Source of the DNA: Peribolospora baueri
Lineage: Eukaryota
Length of the DNA stretch: 64,000 bases
NCBI GenBank assembly: GCA_029717555.1
Contig: JAMDHS010000087.1
Span: 1-64,000 of the forward strand
Direction: 5' to 3'
Below, in pieces: positions 11,493 through 26,688 of the stretch; position 1 is the first letter of the stretch; every line of letters starts with the position of its first letter. The notes beneath the pieces were generated by a model. It was not told the DNA's origin and did not search any database. It worked only from the letters and a program-made list of their open reading frames with translations. The position numbers and the translations under genes are program-made.

Positions 11493-12397
11493 GTGTTAAG
11501 GTCGATGGCGAGGAGCTCGGAAGCCTAGTCTCGAGGATGTCCTTTGTCAGCGTCGCCGATGGTGATGAGTGAGTGTAGATGGACGTGCATGTCCCGTCGG
11601 TCCGCCTTACCGCGCGCGCGTTCGTCACGTGAGCTCTCTCTGCCCTGACCGTCCGCCGGCCCGGAGCGGGAGCGAGGACCAGAGCTGATGGTATAGGCTG
11701 CGCTGTAAGGTACGGACCGGTGCGAGTTGGTCGGCCTTTCGTGACCGGTGGAGGCACGCTGGAAGGAATGTGCGTGTGCAACAACAAATTTATTCCGTTA
11801 CTGTAACGGTAGGAAGGGCGACAGTGACAGTGACTGTGGGATAGGTGAGGACCGTCCCTATTCCATGAGCCGCCCTGGGAGAAGTTGCAGCGCCGGTCGA
11901 GTCTTTACGGAGCAAGCGGCCAGGCGGGCGGCCCTGACAAGAAAGCTCGCCAACTCGGGTCAGGATAGCGAGCAAGTGAGCGAGAGCGCTTTTCTTAAGA
12001 CTCCACCGCTGTGCAGTCGAAGCTGCATGCAAACCTGCATCCGCCCTGCTGATCGCCTTGCCCATAGTCCGCTCGCTTGGGATCGATTCGGGTCACGCGG
12101 AGCCTCTGCCGACACTTACCGCCGCCCCTCATGGGAAAGGCGGGGTCGGGTCGGTCTCGACGATATCTACTTACAGCATCTCGAATGATACCACAGCTTG
12201 CCTCCCATCCCTTCTCCCTCTTTGTCCCTTCGTCCCTCTCTCCCGTTCCTCCCTCCTCCCTCCTCCCTCATTTGTTCCTCAAGCTTCCGTTTCCTGCTTC
12301 CCTCGCTTCCTGCTCCTGTCTCGCCGCCGATCTTCCTTACCTTTTCGACCACCCCGATCGGCGCAATCCGCGGGCCCGACTTCCGAGCAGCAATCCT

Positions 12398-15103
12398 ATG
12401 GTCGAGTCGGCGCGAGAAGGGGAAGGAGGAAGAGCGGCCGAGCCGCGAGGCAGCTCGCCATCCGGGAAGCAGGTCGAAGTCGGGACGAGTGACGAGGACA
12501 ACGACCCCGTCGACGTAGCCGCGCGAGGGGGAGATGGGGAAGCGGCGCTCTCGTCGTCTTCAAAGGTCACATACAAGCTGTACAAGCGGAGATGGCTAGG
12601 GCTGGCTTCGTTGGTGAGCTCGGCGGGGCCGGCACTCGGGGCCCATGACCCCATCCTGTAACCCTGGCTGATCGCCAGCAAACGACAAACTTGATCTCCC
12701 ATGTGCCCATGTGCCCTTGCCCTATCCAGTGCGTCCTCACCATTCTGGTGTGAGTGTCGTCACCGTCTGGTGCGCTGGACCGGCAACTCCCAACTCCAAC
12801 CGACTCTGCTGAAGTATCGATTGCCTGCTCATTGTTTCTTCGCCACCGCTTCTTTCCACTCCCCGTCCAATCTGGCCTCGTCCCGCGCTGTCTCTTCTCT
12901 CACCCGCCACCGCCAGCGCTCTCAACTGGATCTTCTTCGCTTACGTTGCCGACCTCACGGCAGCCGCCTTCGGGATATCCCTCACTCGGGTCAACTGGTT
13001 CGTTCACGGGCATGTCTGGGGGCCGGGCGATCTGGGACAGAAAGAGGGTGGCGCTGACCGCGTGTTTGTGCTGGTCCCATTACGTCCGGGTCGCGAACAG
13101 GCTGGGCAACATTGTCAATGCGATGTACATCATCGCTGCCTGGTTCGTCCCTCCAGCGGTGAACAGGTTCGGCCTTCGAGGCGCTGTGAGAGCGGAGGAC
13201 GTCCATGCGACACCCTTTTCTGAACTTCTCTGCACTTGCTGTGCCGTGGCCTTACGTTTCGTTACACCGTCCTCTTTCTTTTTTCCACGCCTTTTCAGGT
13301 CCTCATCGGCTCCGTCTCCATCCTCGTGGGAGTCTGGATTCGGTACGCAGCCATCTTCGTGGACTCGCAGCCCAACACAGCCTACGTGCTTCTCATCATC
13401 GGCCAGACGCTCGTGGGCATCTGCCAACCCTTCTATCTCTGCCTCGGCACCCGCTTTTCCGAGAACTGGTTCAATGAACGCGGTCGAACCACCGCTACGG
13501 GTCTCGCAGCCATCGCGAACCCGTTTGGAGCTGCCATCGGAGGCTTCATTGCGCCCGCCATCGCGGCCAAGCCGTCGGACATGAGTACGCTGCTCTTGAC
13601 CACCGCCATCTTGACCACCGCCCTGCTGCCGCTGACCTTTTTCGTCTGGGACAAGCCCCCCACGCCGCCTACGTTCTCGTCCACCGAGCCATCTCAGCCT
13701 CTCTTCACCGCCCTCTCTCTTCTCCTCGGTTTCAGGTCGTCGACGACGACGACGGTCACAGCTCGTCCCACAGACGCGGTCGCCGAGAAACGGGAGGGAG
13801 GAGAGAGTACGGGAGAGTTGGAGCCAGGGGAAGGCTCGGTCGCTGGAAACGTGGTCAAGGGGAGAAGGCGTGATTTCTGGATCATATGCGCTTGCTTCTC
13901 CGTCTTAGTCGGCGCTTTCGATGCCTGGGCGACGCTATTGAACCAGGTCAGTGCTTGTTCTCGGCACTGGAAAGCCTCGCCTTTCTTCTTTTTCTCTTCT
14001 CTCTTCCTTCCCCCTTTATACTGGTTATTGCGGATCGCTGCTAAAGGAGTCTTGCTCTTCCTCCCGTCGGACCACAGATCTTCGAGCCCTATGGCTACAG
14101 CGATAACGCGAGCGGATATTTTGGCGCTGCGGCCCTTCTCAGCGGTCTCGTAGCTGCCGTCGTCACAGCGCCCCTTTTTGACAAGGTCGGTCTGGCCCTC
14201 GGTGGCCGCCGCTTACCTACCGACCGCATCCGCTCGCTGCGCATTAACAGACGGTCTCTCCCCCTCTCTTCTCGTCCCGCAGGTGTTCTCGAGACATCTG
14301 GTGCTCACGATCAAATCCCTCGTTCCCGTCCTTGCCGCGAGTTATATCGCCTTCATCTTTGTCGGTGAGCATCGGCATCGGCATCGGGGGAAATCGTTGC
14401 GAGAAGAAGAAGGAAAAAAACGCTGATCGATGGATGGATGGATGGACGGATGGATGGATGGATGGGTTTGCCGGGCACGTGTCTCACTCAGTCAAGAGGG
14501 ATGACATCGCGGGCATCTACTTTGTCCTCATCCTTATCGGTGGGTGGCATTACGTCATGGACGAGAAGAGAGACATTCTCGGGTGTCGGATGACGCGGCG
14601 CGGGGACTCACGACCTACCGTCCTCGCCTTTTCTGCCATCGGTCGAACAGGGGTGTGCTCCTTCGTCCTCCTCCCGATCGCCCTCGAGGTGACCGTCGAT
14701 TTGACGCGGCCCGCCGTCTCGGCGGAGACGAGCTCTGCACTGCTTTGGATCGGAGGGCAGGTGTGTGGGGTGGTGTTCATCGAGGTCATGGACGCGCTCA
14801 GGGAGGGCGACAGTCCCATGCAAGGGCCGGCGCTCAACATGCGACGGTCACTCATCTTCCAGGCGAGTCCAGCTTTGCTTAGCTACTGTGGCGGTGCTCT
14901 GGTGGGGAGCGGGGCCCGGGGCCCACCGGCGCTAACGGCCTTCTTCCTTCCTTCCCTCCTTCTTTCCGGCCGTCCTTCCGACCGCCGTTTGCTTTGCCCT
15001 TACCCTCGACAAGGCCGTCGTTGTGGCCGTTGTGTCCGTCTCCATCTTTTTCTTGCGCGCCCGGTCATGGCGCGGAGAGCCGGCTGCCGCTCTCTCCCAG
15101 TAG
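12398..15103 (+). CDS. Major facilitator superfamily transporter (FLVCR/SLC49-like)
   Basis: YKLYKRRWLGL, ALNWIFFAYVA, GQTLVGICQPF...SENWFNERGRTTATGLAAIANPFGAAIG, PPTPPT and LLPIALEV motifs with multiple TM helices. About 10 exons, including a 20-nt exon (12730-12749) and a final GC-AG intron (14863-15013). Stop TAG at 15101-15103. Confidence 0.9.
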
Positions 15104-15710
15104 GATTGTTGTTTTTTTTTTTTTTTTCTTTCTTTCTTTCTCTCTCTTCCCCCGCTAGGATTCCTCGGAACGGAACTGCTATTCTGCGTGTTTGCAATGT
15201 GCGATACCCGCCCACCCAACCGACCGGCACGCACCCGAATCATATAAGGATTGCTTTGGTGTCTCACTCGATGGTTGCCGCTTTCCCTCTTGTCGTCGAC
15301 CTCGACGCACGCCGGGGACATTCGGACGTCCCGGAGAAAATAGGCGATTCCGCGGCCCGGGGGCTGGCACGTGATGCGCATATGCCGCAGCGGCGGCGGC
15401 GGATGCAATCGACGGGCTATTAGAACTAGCGGCGTTTTTAACCAAATATTGACTTGTCGTTGACTCGGGGGTTGGTTCCTTTGCGGGTGCTGCGGCGTGG
15501 CTGGCCAAGGCTAAGGCTTGCCTCGACGGATGCCGGTTGCGGACAGAGGAAGATGGAGGGACGTTCCGAATGCGACCAAGCGTCGACGACGACCTCACCC
15601 TCCGTCTGTCCGTCCGTCCGCCCGTCCGTCCGGGGCGGCAGAGTGGCGCCCGTCAGTGCATTGGTATGGATGATCGGGCGTCGCGTCGCTCGCCGGCAGC
15701 GCATCCATGC

Positions 15711-15780
15711 CGAATGCGAATGCGAGTGCGAATGCGAGTGCGAGTGCGAGTGCGAGTGCGAGTGCGAGTGCGAATGCGAA
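15711..15780. repeat. (TGCGAR)n hexanucleotide microsatellite upstream of medA
   Basis: About 11 tandem TGCGAG/TGCGAA units seen directly. Confidence 0.95.
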
Positions 15781-16724
15781 AACGGCGTCCTCGTCCTCGT
15801 TCCTCGATGGGCCGATGGAATGGGCGCGCAAACAGGCCTGCCCTCCAAACACTCTCTCTCTCATCCGTCCGTCCTCGCCTCCCTCCCCGCGCTTTCCGGA
15901 CGCGGACGCGGTCGAGTGCGGTCGAGCGCGGCTGGCTGGTGGGCCAGCGCGAGCTTCCGCATTCGAACGAGCGCCGACGAGCCCCGGCGTCGTCGTCGTC
16001 GTCGTCGTCGTCGTCTTTCCATCTCAGCGTCCAGTCCATTGGACTTGGCCCCCGCCTCGGGCTGCTTGTGCGCTCCCAATGCGAGACCAAGTCCGAAGGA
16101 ACGGGTGGGCCGGATGAACGGAAAGAGCGTGTGGATGAACGCGCTAGCAGGCGCCGCTCCGGAAAGAGAGATTTCGACGTCGGTCGTCGCCAACGGCCCT
16201 TCCGCATGCGAGCAAGTCCTCCTCCCGTCGTGTCCCCTCGATGTGCAGTCCATTCCTGCTTGCTTGCCTGCTCGCCTGATGGCTCGCCGGCCCGCTCGCC
16301 CTGCTCTCCGCCCCTCAACAGAGCAGCAGAGAGTTGTGAGCGAGCCAAGACGACGTTGTGCGGTTGGTTGGACGCGCGAAAAGGTCCGCGCCGGACGAGA
16401 CAGATGCGAGACAATGTTTTAAAACGTCCACCACCGGCCTCATCGCCGGCCCCCCATCCTTCCCTTTCTCTCACCTCCCCTTCGTCACTGCCCCACTCTC
16501 CTTCACCTCCTTGTCTCGCGCACCCCCCTTCCATTCCTCGCCTTTAATATTGCCTTGTGTCACAGCGCCCCGTGTTCGACCAGACTCGCCCTTGTCTCGC
16601 ACCCACATATCCGACCCGGTCCTTCCTCTTTCTCGTCCCTTTCGCCACCATCGTGCCCACCTTGCCGTCGCCTCCGCCGTCGTCGTCGTCGTCGCCGTCG
16701 TCATCTCTCTCGCTCTCCTCCGGC

Positions 16725-19000
<2,276 letters not shown>

Positions 19001-21046
19001 ATGTTTTCACACTCGCTCGCTGCTCGCCTCCAAGGTACTTTTTTGCGGTCACTCCAACCTTCGCCTACCTTTTTTCCCTTTCGCGCCCGGCATCTCGATA
19101 GGATTTTCTCGGGTTTGGAGTCAGGGACTTCTGGTTTTCCACCACCGCTCACCGTCGACTCACATTCCTTAGGTAGCCGACACGGTGCCCCTTTGCGCAA
19201 GCCCCCTCGCCCCTCCTACTTTCATTTCCGCTTCTCGTCTGCTTTCCCAGGAGGGGAAGGGGAGGGTCGGTCGGTCGGTGGTGGCCTTCGGTCGTTCTGT
19301 TCGACGTCTCGTTCCGTTTTTTGTATTCGCTGCTCTCTCTCGCTCTGCTGCTCCCGCCCACGCCCTCCTCTCTTGGTTTCTGTCCTCGCCTCGCCTCGCC
19401 CTCGCACGCAACTGCCGCCTCTCTCTCTCTCTCTCGTCTCCCGCTCTCCCCCCCTCTGTACGCATAACCGACACTCGGGTGTCTCTCCCGCAACGCCTCC
19501 TCCGTTCATCTCGGCATCGCCATTGTTTGAGCTTTGAGGTTCGGTGTTTCCATTGCCCTCCTTCCACTCCACTCCACTCCTCTCCTGTGCTCTTGCGTGC
19601 TCTGCTCTCGCCCCCCTGTATTTCTACTCCTTCTCGCCTCCCTCCATCCCTCTCTCTCTCCCCTTTTCGCTCTCGTTTTGGTCGTCTCAGTCTCGTCCTG
19701 TCTTGGTCTTGGTCTTGGTCTTGGTCTTGGTCGTCTCGTCGTCGCGAGCCTTAGAGCACCGCAACCGTCCGTTTTTTTCGTCATAGTAGCTGTCTTATCG
19801 TAAGTTAATTCCGATCAGTCGCAGACGAAGATGGAGGGAGAAGGGAGTGTGTGTGGACGAGCTCTTTGATTCCTTTCGTTTATTTCGTGTCGTAGGGAAT
19901 TTTTTGGAGGAAGGACTTGACATGATGGGGAAGGGGTAGGTAGTAAGGGGGCAATGGGCAGGAGGAAAGGAGGAAAGGAGACCGGCGTGGTCGTCGCTCG
20001 CTCGCGCTCGCCCGCGTTCCGCCTCCTTCCTTCCTTCCGTCCGTCCGTCCGTCCTTCGGAGGCTGGCGCAGATCGTACATATCCCCGGGGCCCGCTTAGA
20101 CTTAGGCCGCTCGCCCCAAGTGGGAGATGGCGGAAGTACCTCGGGAAGGGAAGGTCTATCCCTCCTTCTTTCCTTCCCTCCTCTTTGTCGCCCCACTCCC
20201 CGTCATCCCCTTTCCACCCCGCTCATTGGACGACCGCGACGCTTCCGCTCGTCCGTCGCCCGATATGACCGCGTAACGCCGAACCGGTTCCACGAAGGGA
20301 AGCCGTGCAGGCTCATTTTCCCTTCCTACTCCATCGTTCCCGTAAGGACGACCGGCCGAGGTGTTGGAGCGGGTGGCGGAGCGAGTGAGAGGACGCCGGG
20401 TCGTCGATGTGCGAGGGTGTTGTATGTGTGTACGGCCTACACCGAGTTGGTGTCGTACGTGGCCGCGCATACGTCGGGCACGCGCTCCCGAGTCCTCAGC
20501 GGGCACGGTAGGCATGTGCATATGTATGTATGTATGTACTTATGTCGAGATGGACGTGGTTGGCTGTTCTGTGGTCCGTCTAATAAGCAGAGCTCAGGTT
20601 CCATCATATAGATAGATAGATGAGGGTTTCGGCGGCGTCTCTCGCGTCGCGTCGCGTGCGCCCTGCTCATTTGCAAGTCATTCCTTGCTCGGATCGAAAT
20701 GAGAGCCCGAGCGAGCGAGGTCGGAGGAAGGAAGGAAGGGAGGGCGGCACGGGTGGATCGGATGGCCTACGTCGCAGGCAAGTTATGTAGGGGCAGGCGG
20801 ATATATGAGATGGACGGATCGGCAGCCGGGCTTGGTTGGCGCTTGCTTGCTCGCCCCTGCTCCTCACCTTTGCGCTCGCTTTCTTTCTCTCTCTCTCTCT
20901 TTCTCTTTCTCTTTCTCCGCTCACCTGCGTGGACGACGGCCGACGCAGGCCCTCCTGACCGAGTGCGAGTGACGACGGAAGGACGGGCGGGGAGCAAAGT
21001 GGGTCAGACGGGCGCCTCGCTTGCTCGACTGATTGGAGTCGACTCC

Positions 21047-21155
21047 ACCCATCCATCATCCACCATCCATCATCCACCATCCATCCATATATCCATCCAT
21101 CCATATATCCATCCATCCATCTATCTATCCACCATCCACCAACCCTTCCATCCAT
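21047..21155. repeat. Degenerate (CCAT)n microsatellite
   Basis: Imperfect CCAT/TCAT/CTAT tandem array seen directly. Similar (GATG)n arrays occur elsewhere, e.g. 14430-14465. Confidence 0.85.
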
Positions 21156-21577
21156 CCCCTCCCCTCCCCTCCGTCTTCGTCGCGCTGCGGTTCGATCGGC
21201 TGCTCGGCTGGCGAGCGCGGCCGTCATCTCCGTCGCTCGAGATTACTGCTCCGCTTCCCTTTCATCTCTCATCTCGCCTCCTCCATCCATCGACCCACCC
21301 ACCATCACCGACCGCCATACCGCATCTCTTTCTCTCGCAACTCTCGGACACTTCCTCCTTCTTTCTCCTCCTTGTCTTTTTATTTCTCTTCTCTTTTTTA
21401 CCGGTTCGGTCTTTTTCCTAGCCACGCCACCCCCTCCCCCTCGCTCTCCTCGCACCCACCGAACGCGCATATACCGACCCCCAGCGCCTCCCCTCCCTGA
21501 CAACCCGCCGGCCGACATCGCTTAGACCGCCCCTCCAGCCGCTTCCCGTGGATGCCGCCGTGCCTCCGTCTTCGTCC

Positions 21578-24500
21578 ATGCTTCAAAGCGACAGCCAGAC
21601 GACCATCCAGCCCGACCCAAGCGGCGGCCGCGATGATGCCCCCATTCCCACCTCCACCGCCCCCCTCGCTTCTTTCTCCATAATTCCTCCCACCCCGCAG
21701 ATCGACGGCTCGTCCCGTTTCGTCCCCAACACGCTCTCCCTCGACCGAAGAAAGGACGGCGCCCCTTCGCATTCCCGCCAGACGTCCGCAGGCACAAGCA
21801 AGCACTCCCTCTCCCCCGTCTCCTTCGCCAGCCCTCTTCCCCTCTCCGGCGCCGTGGACGACACCGGCGCCCCCATCCGTCCAGCGCCAGGCAGCCCAGC
21901 AGACTCACCTCTCACCCCACAGACCTTCGCCAGCGATGGTCGCAGCTCCAAGAGGATCAGCGCAGACAGCCGCGCGAGCGTCGCGACGAGCTTCATGACC
22001 GCCAACAGTGGTGACGCCAGCGGGCCCGGCGAGGCGGGACTTTATTTGGACGGTGATCAGGACGGCGTGGAGGTTATGTCGGAGTGGAGGCGCGAGTTGG
22101 AGGCCGGCTTGAGCGGCCTCACGTTCGACGACCTCGGCCACAAGGTCTCTCCGAACGCGAACGGATCACCGACGGCGGCCGCCGACACGCCCCGACGTCC
22201 TCTCTCCATGTCTATCGAGCAACCTCCCGCTCAGCCACCTCCGGCCTTGCCCGGAGGCTGGGTCGGCCAGGAGGACGAAGACACGTCGGGCGCGTCCTTG
22301 TTCAAGGGAGGCGATGACGCCGACGAGGCCGTGACGCCGGTGGCACGACAACCGCGTAATGGGCTGCCATGGGATGGTGAGACGGAGCAGGGCAAGGTGG
22401 ACCTTAGCAGAGACGTGACCATCCGACGGCCAGCACACGCTTCTCTCGTTCCTCCTCCGGCCGACCAGCCCGTTCCCCCTCCTCTGCCGGCTCAAGCTGA
22501 CACAGACCCCGGATCTTTCGGTGACCCCAAAGGCGGTCCGCCTTTCTCGGTAGCTCCGCCGACGAACTCGTTCACGTCGCCTCAGCTCGCCCCCGGTGTC
22601 ACGACGCCCGACCCCAACTACCGCTCAGCGCCTCTCGCCGTCGTCGCCGACCAGCGACAGGACGCTATCAGCGGCGCCGATTCGTCCTCCGTGACGCCCA
22701 CAGGCCCCAGCACGAAGCCCAACCTCCCTCAGGTCGACGCCGTTCCGTCGAACGGCAGAGAGCCGGAGTCATGGCAAGGAGGCGGCGTCACTCAGGGCCG
22801 CACTTCGCACTCGCCGACCGATGCGCGGTTCCCGGAGGATGATATTCCTGTGCGAGCCACGAGACCGATCGTCCCCCTCGCCTCCTCTCACACCGACGCG
22901 CTCGCGTACGCGATCAGGGACCCCAACCACGCGAGCCCTTACCCGCCCATGGCTTCCCCCCCGCTCGCCGCAACCAAGATGAACTACCCGGCTGGCGTCG
23001 GCGCCGACCCTAGAGGCAAAACCCCGGGCTCTTCCGCGGCACAGCAGCAACAAGGATATTCGCCGAGCGCGACCCCGATCGTCCCGGGCCAGCCGAGCCG
23101 TCCCGCGGCGCCTCAGATGGAGGTGTGCCTGGAGTGCATGATGCGTGACGAGGACATGGCAGACGTGCACGTCGTCGGCCCGAGTTTGTGGGACCGCGAG
23201 AGCGATAAGGAGTTTCACGAGGCCGTCCGATTGGAGGAGGAGGAGGAGGAGCGGGAGCAGGAGCGGGAGCGGGGGAAGAAGGAGAGGGCGATGGGCGAGG
23301 GACAGAGCGCGGGCGCCGTGGGTAATGAGCAAACCAACGGCCGCGAGAGGAGCGCGGTGAGCAGCACGGACAGCGATCACGTCGGCGGAGGTGTCGGTGG
23401 TGCGGGCGCGGGTGCGGGCGCGGGTGCGGGCGCGGGTGCGGGCGCGGGCGCGGCGGGGAGCAAGGCGGAGGATCATCGGGAAGATAGCCTTCGCAGCGCC
23501 GAGGCGCCGGAGGTGTTCAAGGGCAAGGCGCGGGTGAGGAAGTACGGCAAGCATGACGAGCTCACCGCTGAGAGGCTCAAGTTGTGGACGAGCATGGTGA
23601 GTGTGGTGGCGCGCTCTGGCTTCTTTTTTCTTTTTTTTTTGCGGCGTTTGAAATGGCGAGGGCATGGGCAGCTGGTTGATCGTATCTTGGCCCGCATACA
23701 CGCCGACGTCTCTCCTCAAAGAATCCTCCTGCGTCGTCACACCGCTGGCGAACGCTACAAACTTACCTGGCCGTGCAGAACCAACTCTTGGAGATGGAGG
23801 CTCGCGCCCGTAGCGACGCTGAACGAGAGCGCGGTCGGCTGGACACGCGGATGAAGGACGCGTACAGTCAGCTCCGCGATCGTGCGATGGAGGCCGGTCC
23901 GACGGGGACGGACGGATACGAGGAGAGCATCAGGATTCGCCAGCTTGAGTCCAAGGCGGGCCGCAGCCAGCGCGACCGCACGTCGTCCGTCTCGCTGCTC
24001 AAGAGCGGCATGATCCTCGAGCACATCAACGTCGCTAGGGAGGAGCGCGAGGCCAAGGAGCGCGACAAGGCGCTCGAAAAGGCCCGGCGGCGGCGTATGT
24101 CGGCTTCCGCTCCCACCTCGGGCAACTCGCCCGAATTGCACCTCGCCCCGCTTGACAGCTACCCCGGCTCGGTCAACGTGCCGGGCAACTCCTCGTCCGA
24201 AGAGCGCAAGCGCTTCTCGAGCCCCGTCCCTTCGATGTTCAGCGGCAAGACGGGCAAGGACCGAAGTCGGGCTCATACCCCGGCCACCTTCCCGCGCGCC
24301 GGAAGCGCGTACGAGCTTCGCGTCGGCGCCGGCGCTCAGTCCTCGGGCAGCTCCGCCGAGCTCGCTCCGCCCATGCGGCCGTTCGCGATGAACGGAGGCA
24401 CGTCCAAGGTCGTCAGACAGAGCGCCTCCGTCGTCTCCCTCAACCGGAGCGGCGGCGGGTCGGTGACCAACATGCACGTCGGCTTAGACGCCGATGGCGA

Positions 24501-26688
24501 CATGGCCCATTACCCCGCCGACGCCGGTCGGATCGTCCGTCAGGCTCGCGCGTTGGACAGCCGGGACGAGCTGAGCGCGGCCATCGGCGTGGCGGCCATG
24601 GACGAGGCATACCAGGACGCTCAGGTGGAAAAGGGGATCAAGGCGGAAAAGAAGAAGAAGAAAAAGGGCTTCAAGGGCCTTCTCCAGAAGTTTAGAGCGG
24701 CCAAGGTCAAGTCGGAGCCGGTGGCCGCGCCTGACGAAGCGTGCCTCCACTCGGACGACGACGCGGCTGCGCAGCTCGCGCCGCCGCCTCCGCTCAGATC
24801 TCAGCTCCTCGGCTCTCGCGGCATGCCCGGCTCACCGTCGGTTGCGTCGCTGGACGACCCGTTCGCGAACCGGACTCCCATCGCCCTTGGTCCGGGCCCG
24901 CTCGGTCATATTGGCGAGCCGCGAGCGGTCACCCCGTCCGCGGGCGGCCTTCGACCGGACGCCGCTCGGGCCGGCGGTGGCGGCGGCCTTCACCCCACGC
25001 CCTACCAACCCCCGCCTTCGCCCTTCTCCACCAACTCCGCACGATTCTCCACCAGCGCCTCGGCGGCCTTGACGAACAGCCGGCCGAGCAGCACGTGGAG
25101 CGGGCGATCGTTGGCCGTCAAGGGTGGCGGCGTGCCTCCTAGCCCGGCGGTGAGCAGGGACATTCTCGAGGAGAGCTTCCCGCCCACGCCTCCAAACCTG
25201 GACGGCCCGGGTGGCCTGACGGCTTCGGCGTCCGGCAAAGCGATGCGAGAGACCTATCTCTCTTCTCCTGCGCCCGCCTCCGTCCGTGCCGCGTTTTTTG
25301 GCGGCGGCGGCGCCTCGCACGCGTGGGAGCCGTCGCCGAGCAGCAGCCCGAGGCAGGCCAGCGTGCGAGCCGGCCTGGTCGGTCAAGCGGACGTGGAGCC
25401 TAGCGGATCCTCTCCTGCCAACCTGTCCGCAAGGCAGCAGAAGAGCCTGCCGCCGTTGCCGCCTGCAGAAGCTCCGGCGGACGCTTTTTTCGACGGCGGC
25501 CCCGGCCCGTCCAACGGTCTCGGCGTTCACCCTCAGGACATGCCCCGCCCGTCTTTTCAAGGCTCGGCCATCGATGTTCCGGCGTCGCCGCGCCCTTCGA
25601 ACGTCGGCGGCTCCAGGCCGTACTCCATCCGGTCGCCTTTGGTTCAGAACCAGGCCGACTTTTCCCCTTCCAACCAGCCGCTGCCCGGCGAGGCAACCGC
25701 TTCGCGTCAGTCCTTCTCCCTTCGGAGAGGCACCGGCGCCGCCTCTCCGCCGCCTCTGCCGCCGCCTGGCGGGTTGGTCTCCTCCGCCGACTTTCACTCT
25801 GGCGGCATGCGTCCCGACGGCACGTCCTCCCCGCCGCCGCCGCCTCGACCGCCGAGGAGTTCGCGGAGAGGGGGCGGGCTGCCGCATGAGAGCGAGGCTG
25901 GCTCGTCGGCCTGGCAGTGGAGCGCGCCGGCGACGCATACGCAGGCGCAGGCGCAAGCTCAGGCGCCTGCGCAGGGGCGCAAGTCGAAGATGCTCGGCAA
26001 GCTCGCTGTGCCTTTCTCGACGGGTAGAAACCGCAAACGGGAGAGCTCGGGCGGGGAGAGCTTTGTGAGCCGGACGACGGACGGGCCGGATAGTAGTTTT
26101 GGTAGCCTGGAGCCGATGCCGGTGCCGATGCCGATGCCCGCGACCTTATCCGCTGATTCGCGGTCGCTGCGGTCGAGGAAGAGCTTCGGCGCCCTGGAGC
26201 GGTGGCCGGATCGTGGTGGCGACGGCGGGTGGTCAGGGCCGTACGACGGTCTGGGACTCGGCGCTCCGCCGGCGGCGGAGCGAAGATCGCCGACAGAGCC
26301 GAGGAGGAGCACGAGTGACTTTGTGGATCGGAGGAGACCCCGGGTGGCGTCCTTACCGGGCGGCGAGGGCGTGCCGGTGGAACACCCTCGGAGCCGGAGC
26401 GCGATGGGCCAGGCGTCGCCTCTGCCGCCGAGCCCGATCCTCGAGGGGAGCTCTGGGAGCGCGCACCAACAGCGAATGGGCGGGGAGGGCGTGTTGAGAG
26501 ATTCGACGCGGCAGCAGCAGCAGAACAACTTTGGGACGAGCGTGAAGAGTGGTGCGGGGGAGGATGACTTTTCGAGACGGAGGAGGAGCACGGCGAGTCA
26601 GCGGCAGCAGACCATCCCGCGCGACCCGGACTTTCGGGCGTATCGGTATCCGAGCCCTGAGGAGACGACGCACGCGGTGTTGCGATGA
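21578..26688 (+). CDS. Large (~1,660 aa) Pro/Ser-rich protein of unknown function with short conserved-looking islands
   Basis: Exons 21578-23596 and 23722-26688 (GTGAGT...AAG) join in frame. Islands: EVCLECMMRDEDMADVHV, LKLWTSM|NPPASSHRWRTLQTYL, SGMILEHINVAREERE and C-terminal DPDFRAYRYPS. Confidence 0.8.

Noticed and set aside
15454..16547. Long overlapping ORFs with CECECE/RVRVRV/SHSHSH runs
   Set aside because: These are translations of the (TGCGAG)n and (CGT)n microsatellites in the medA upstream region, with no other coding signature.
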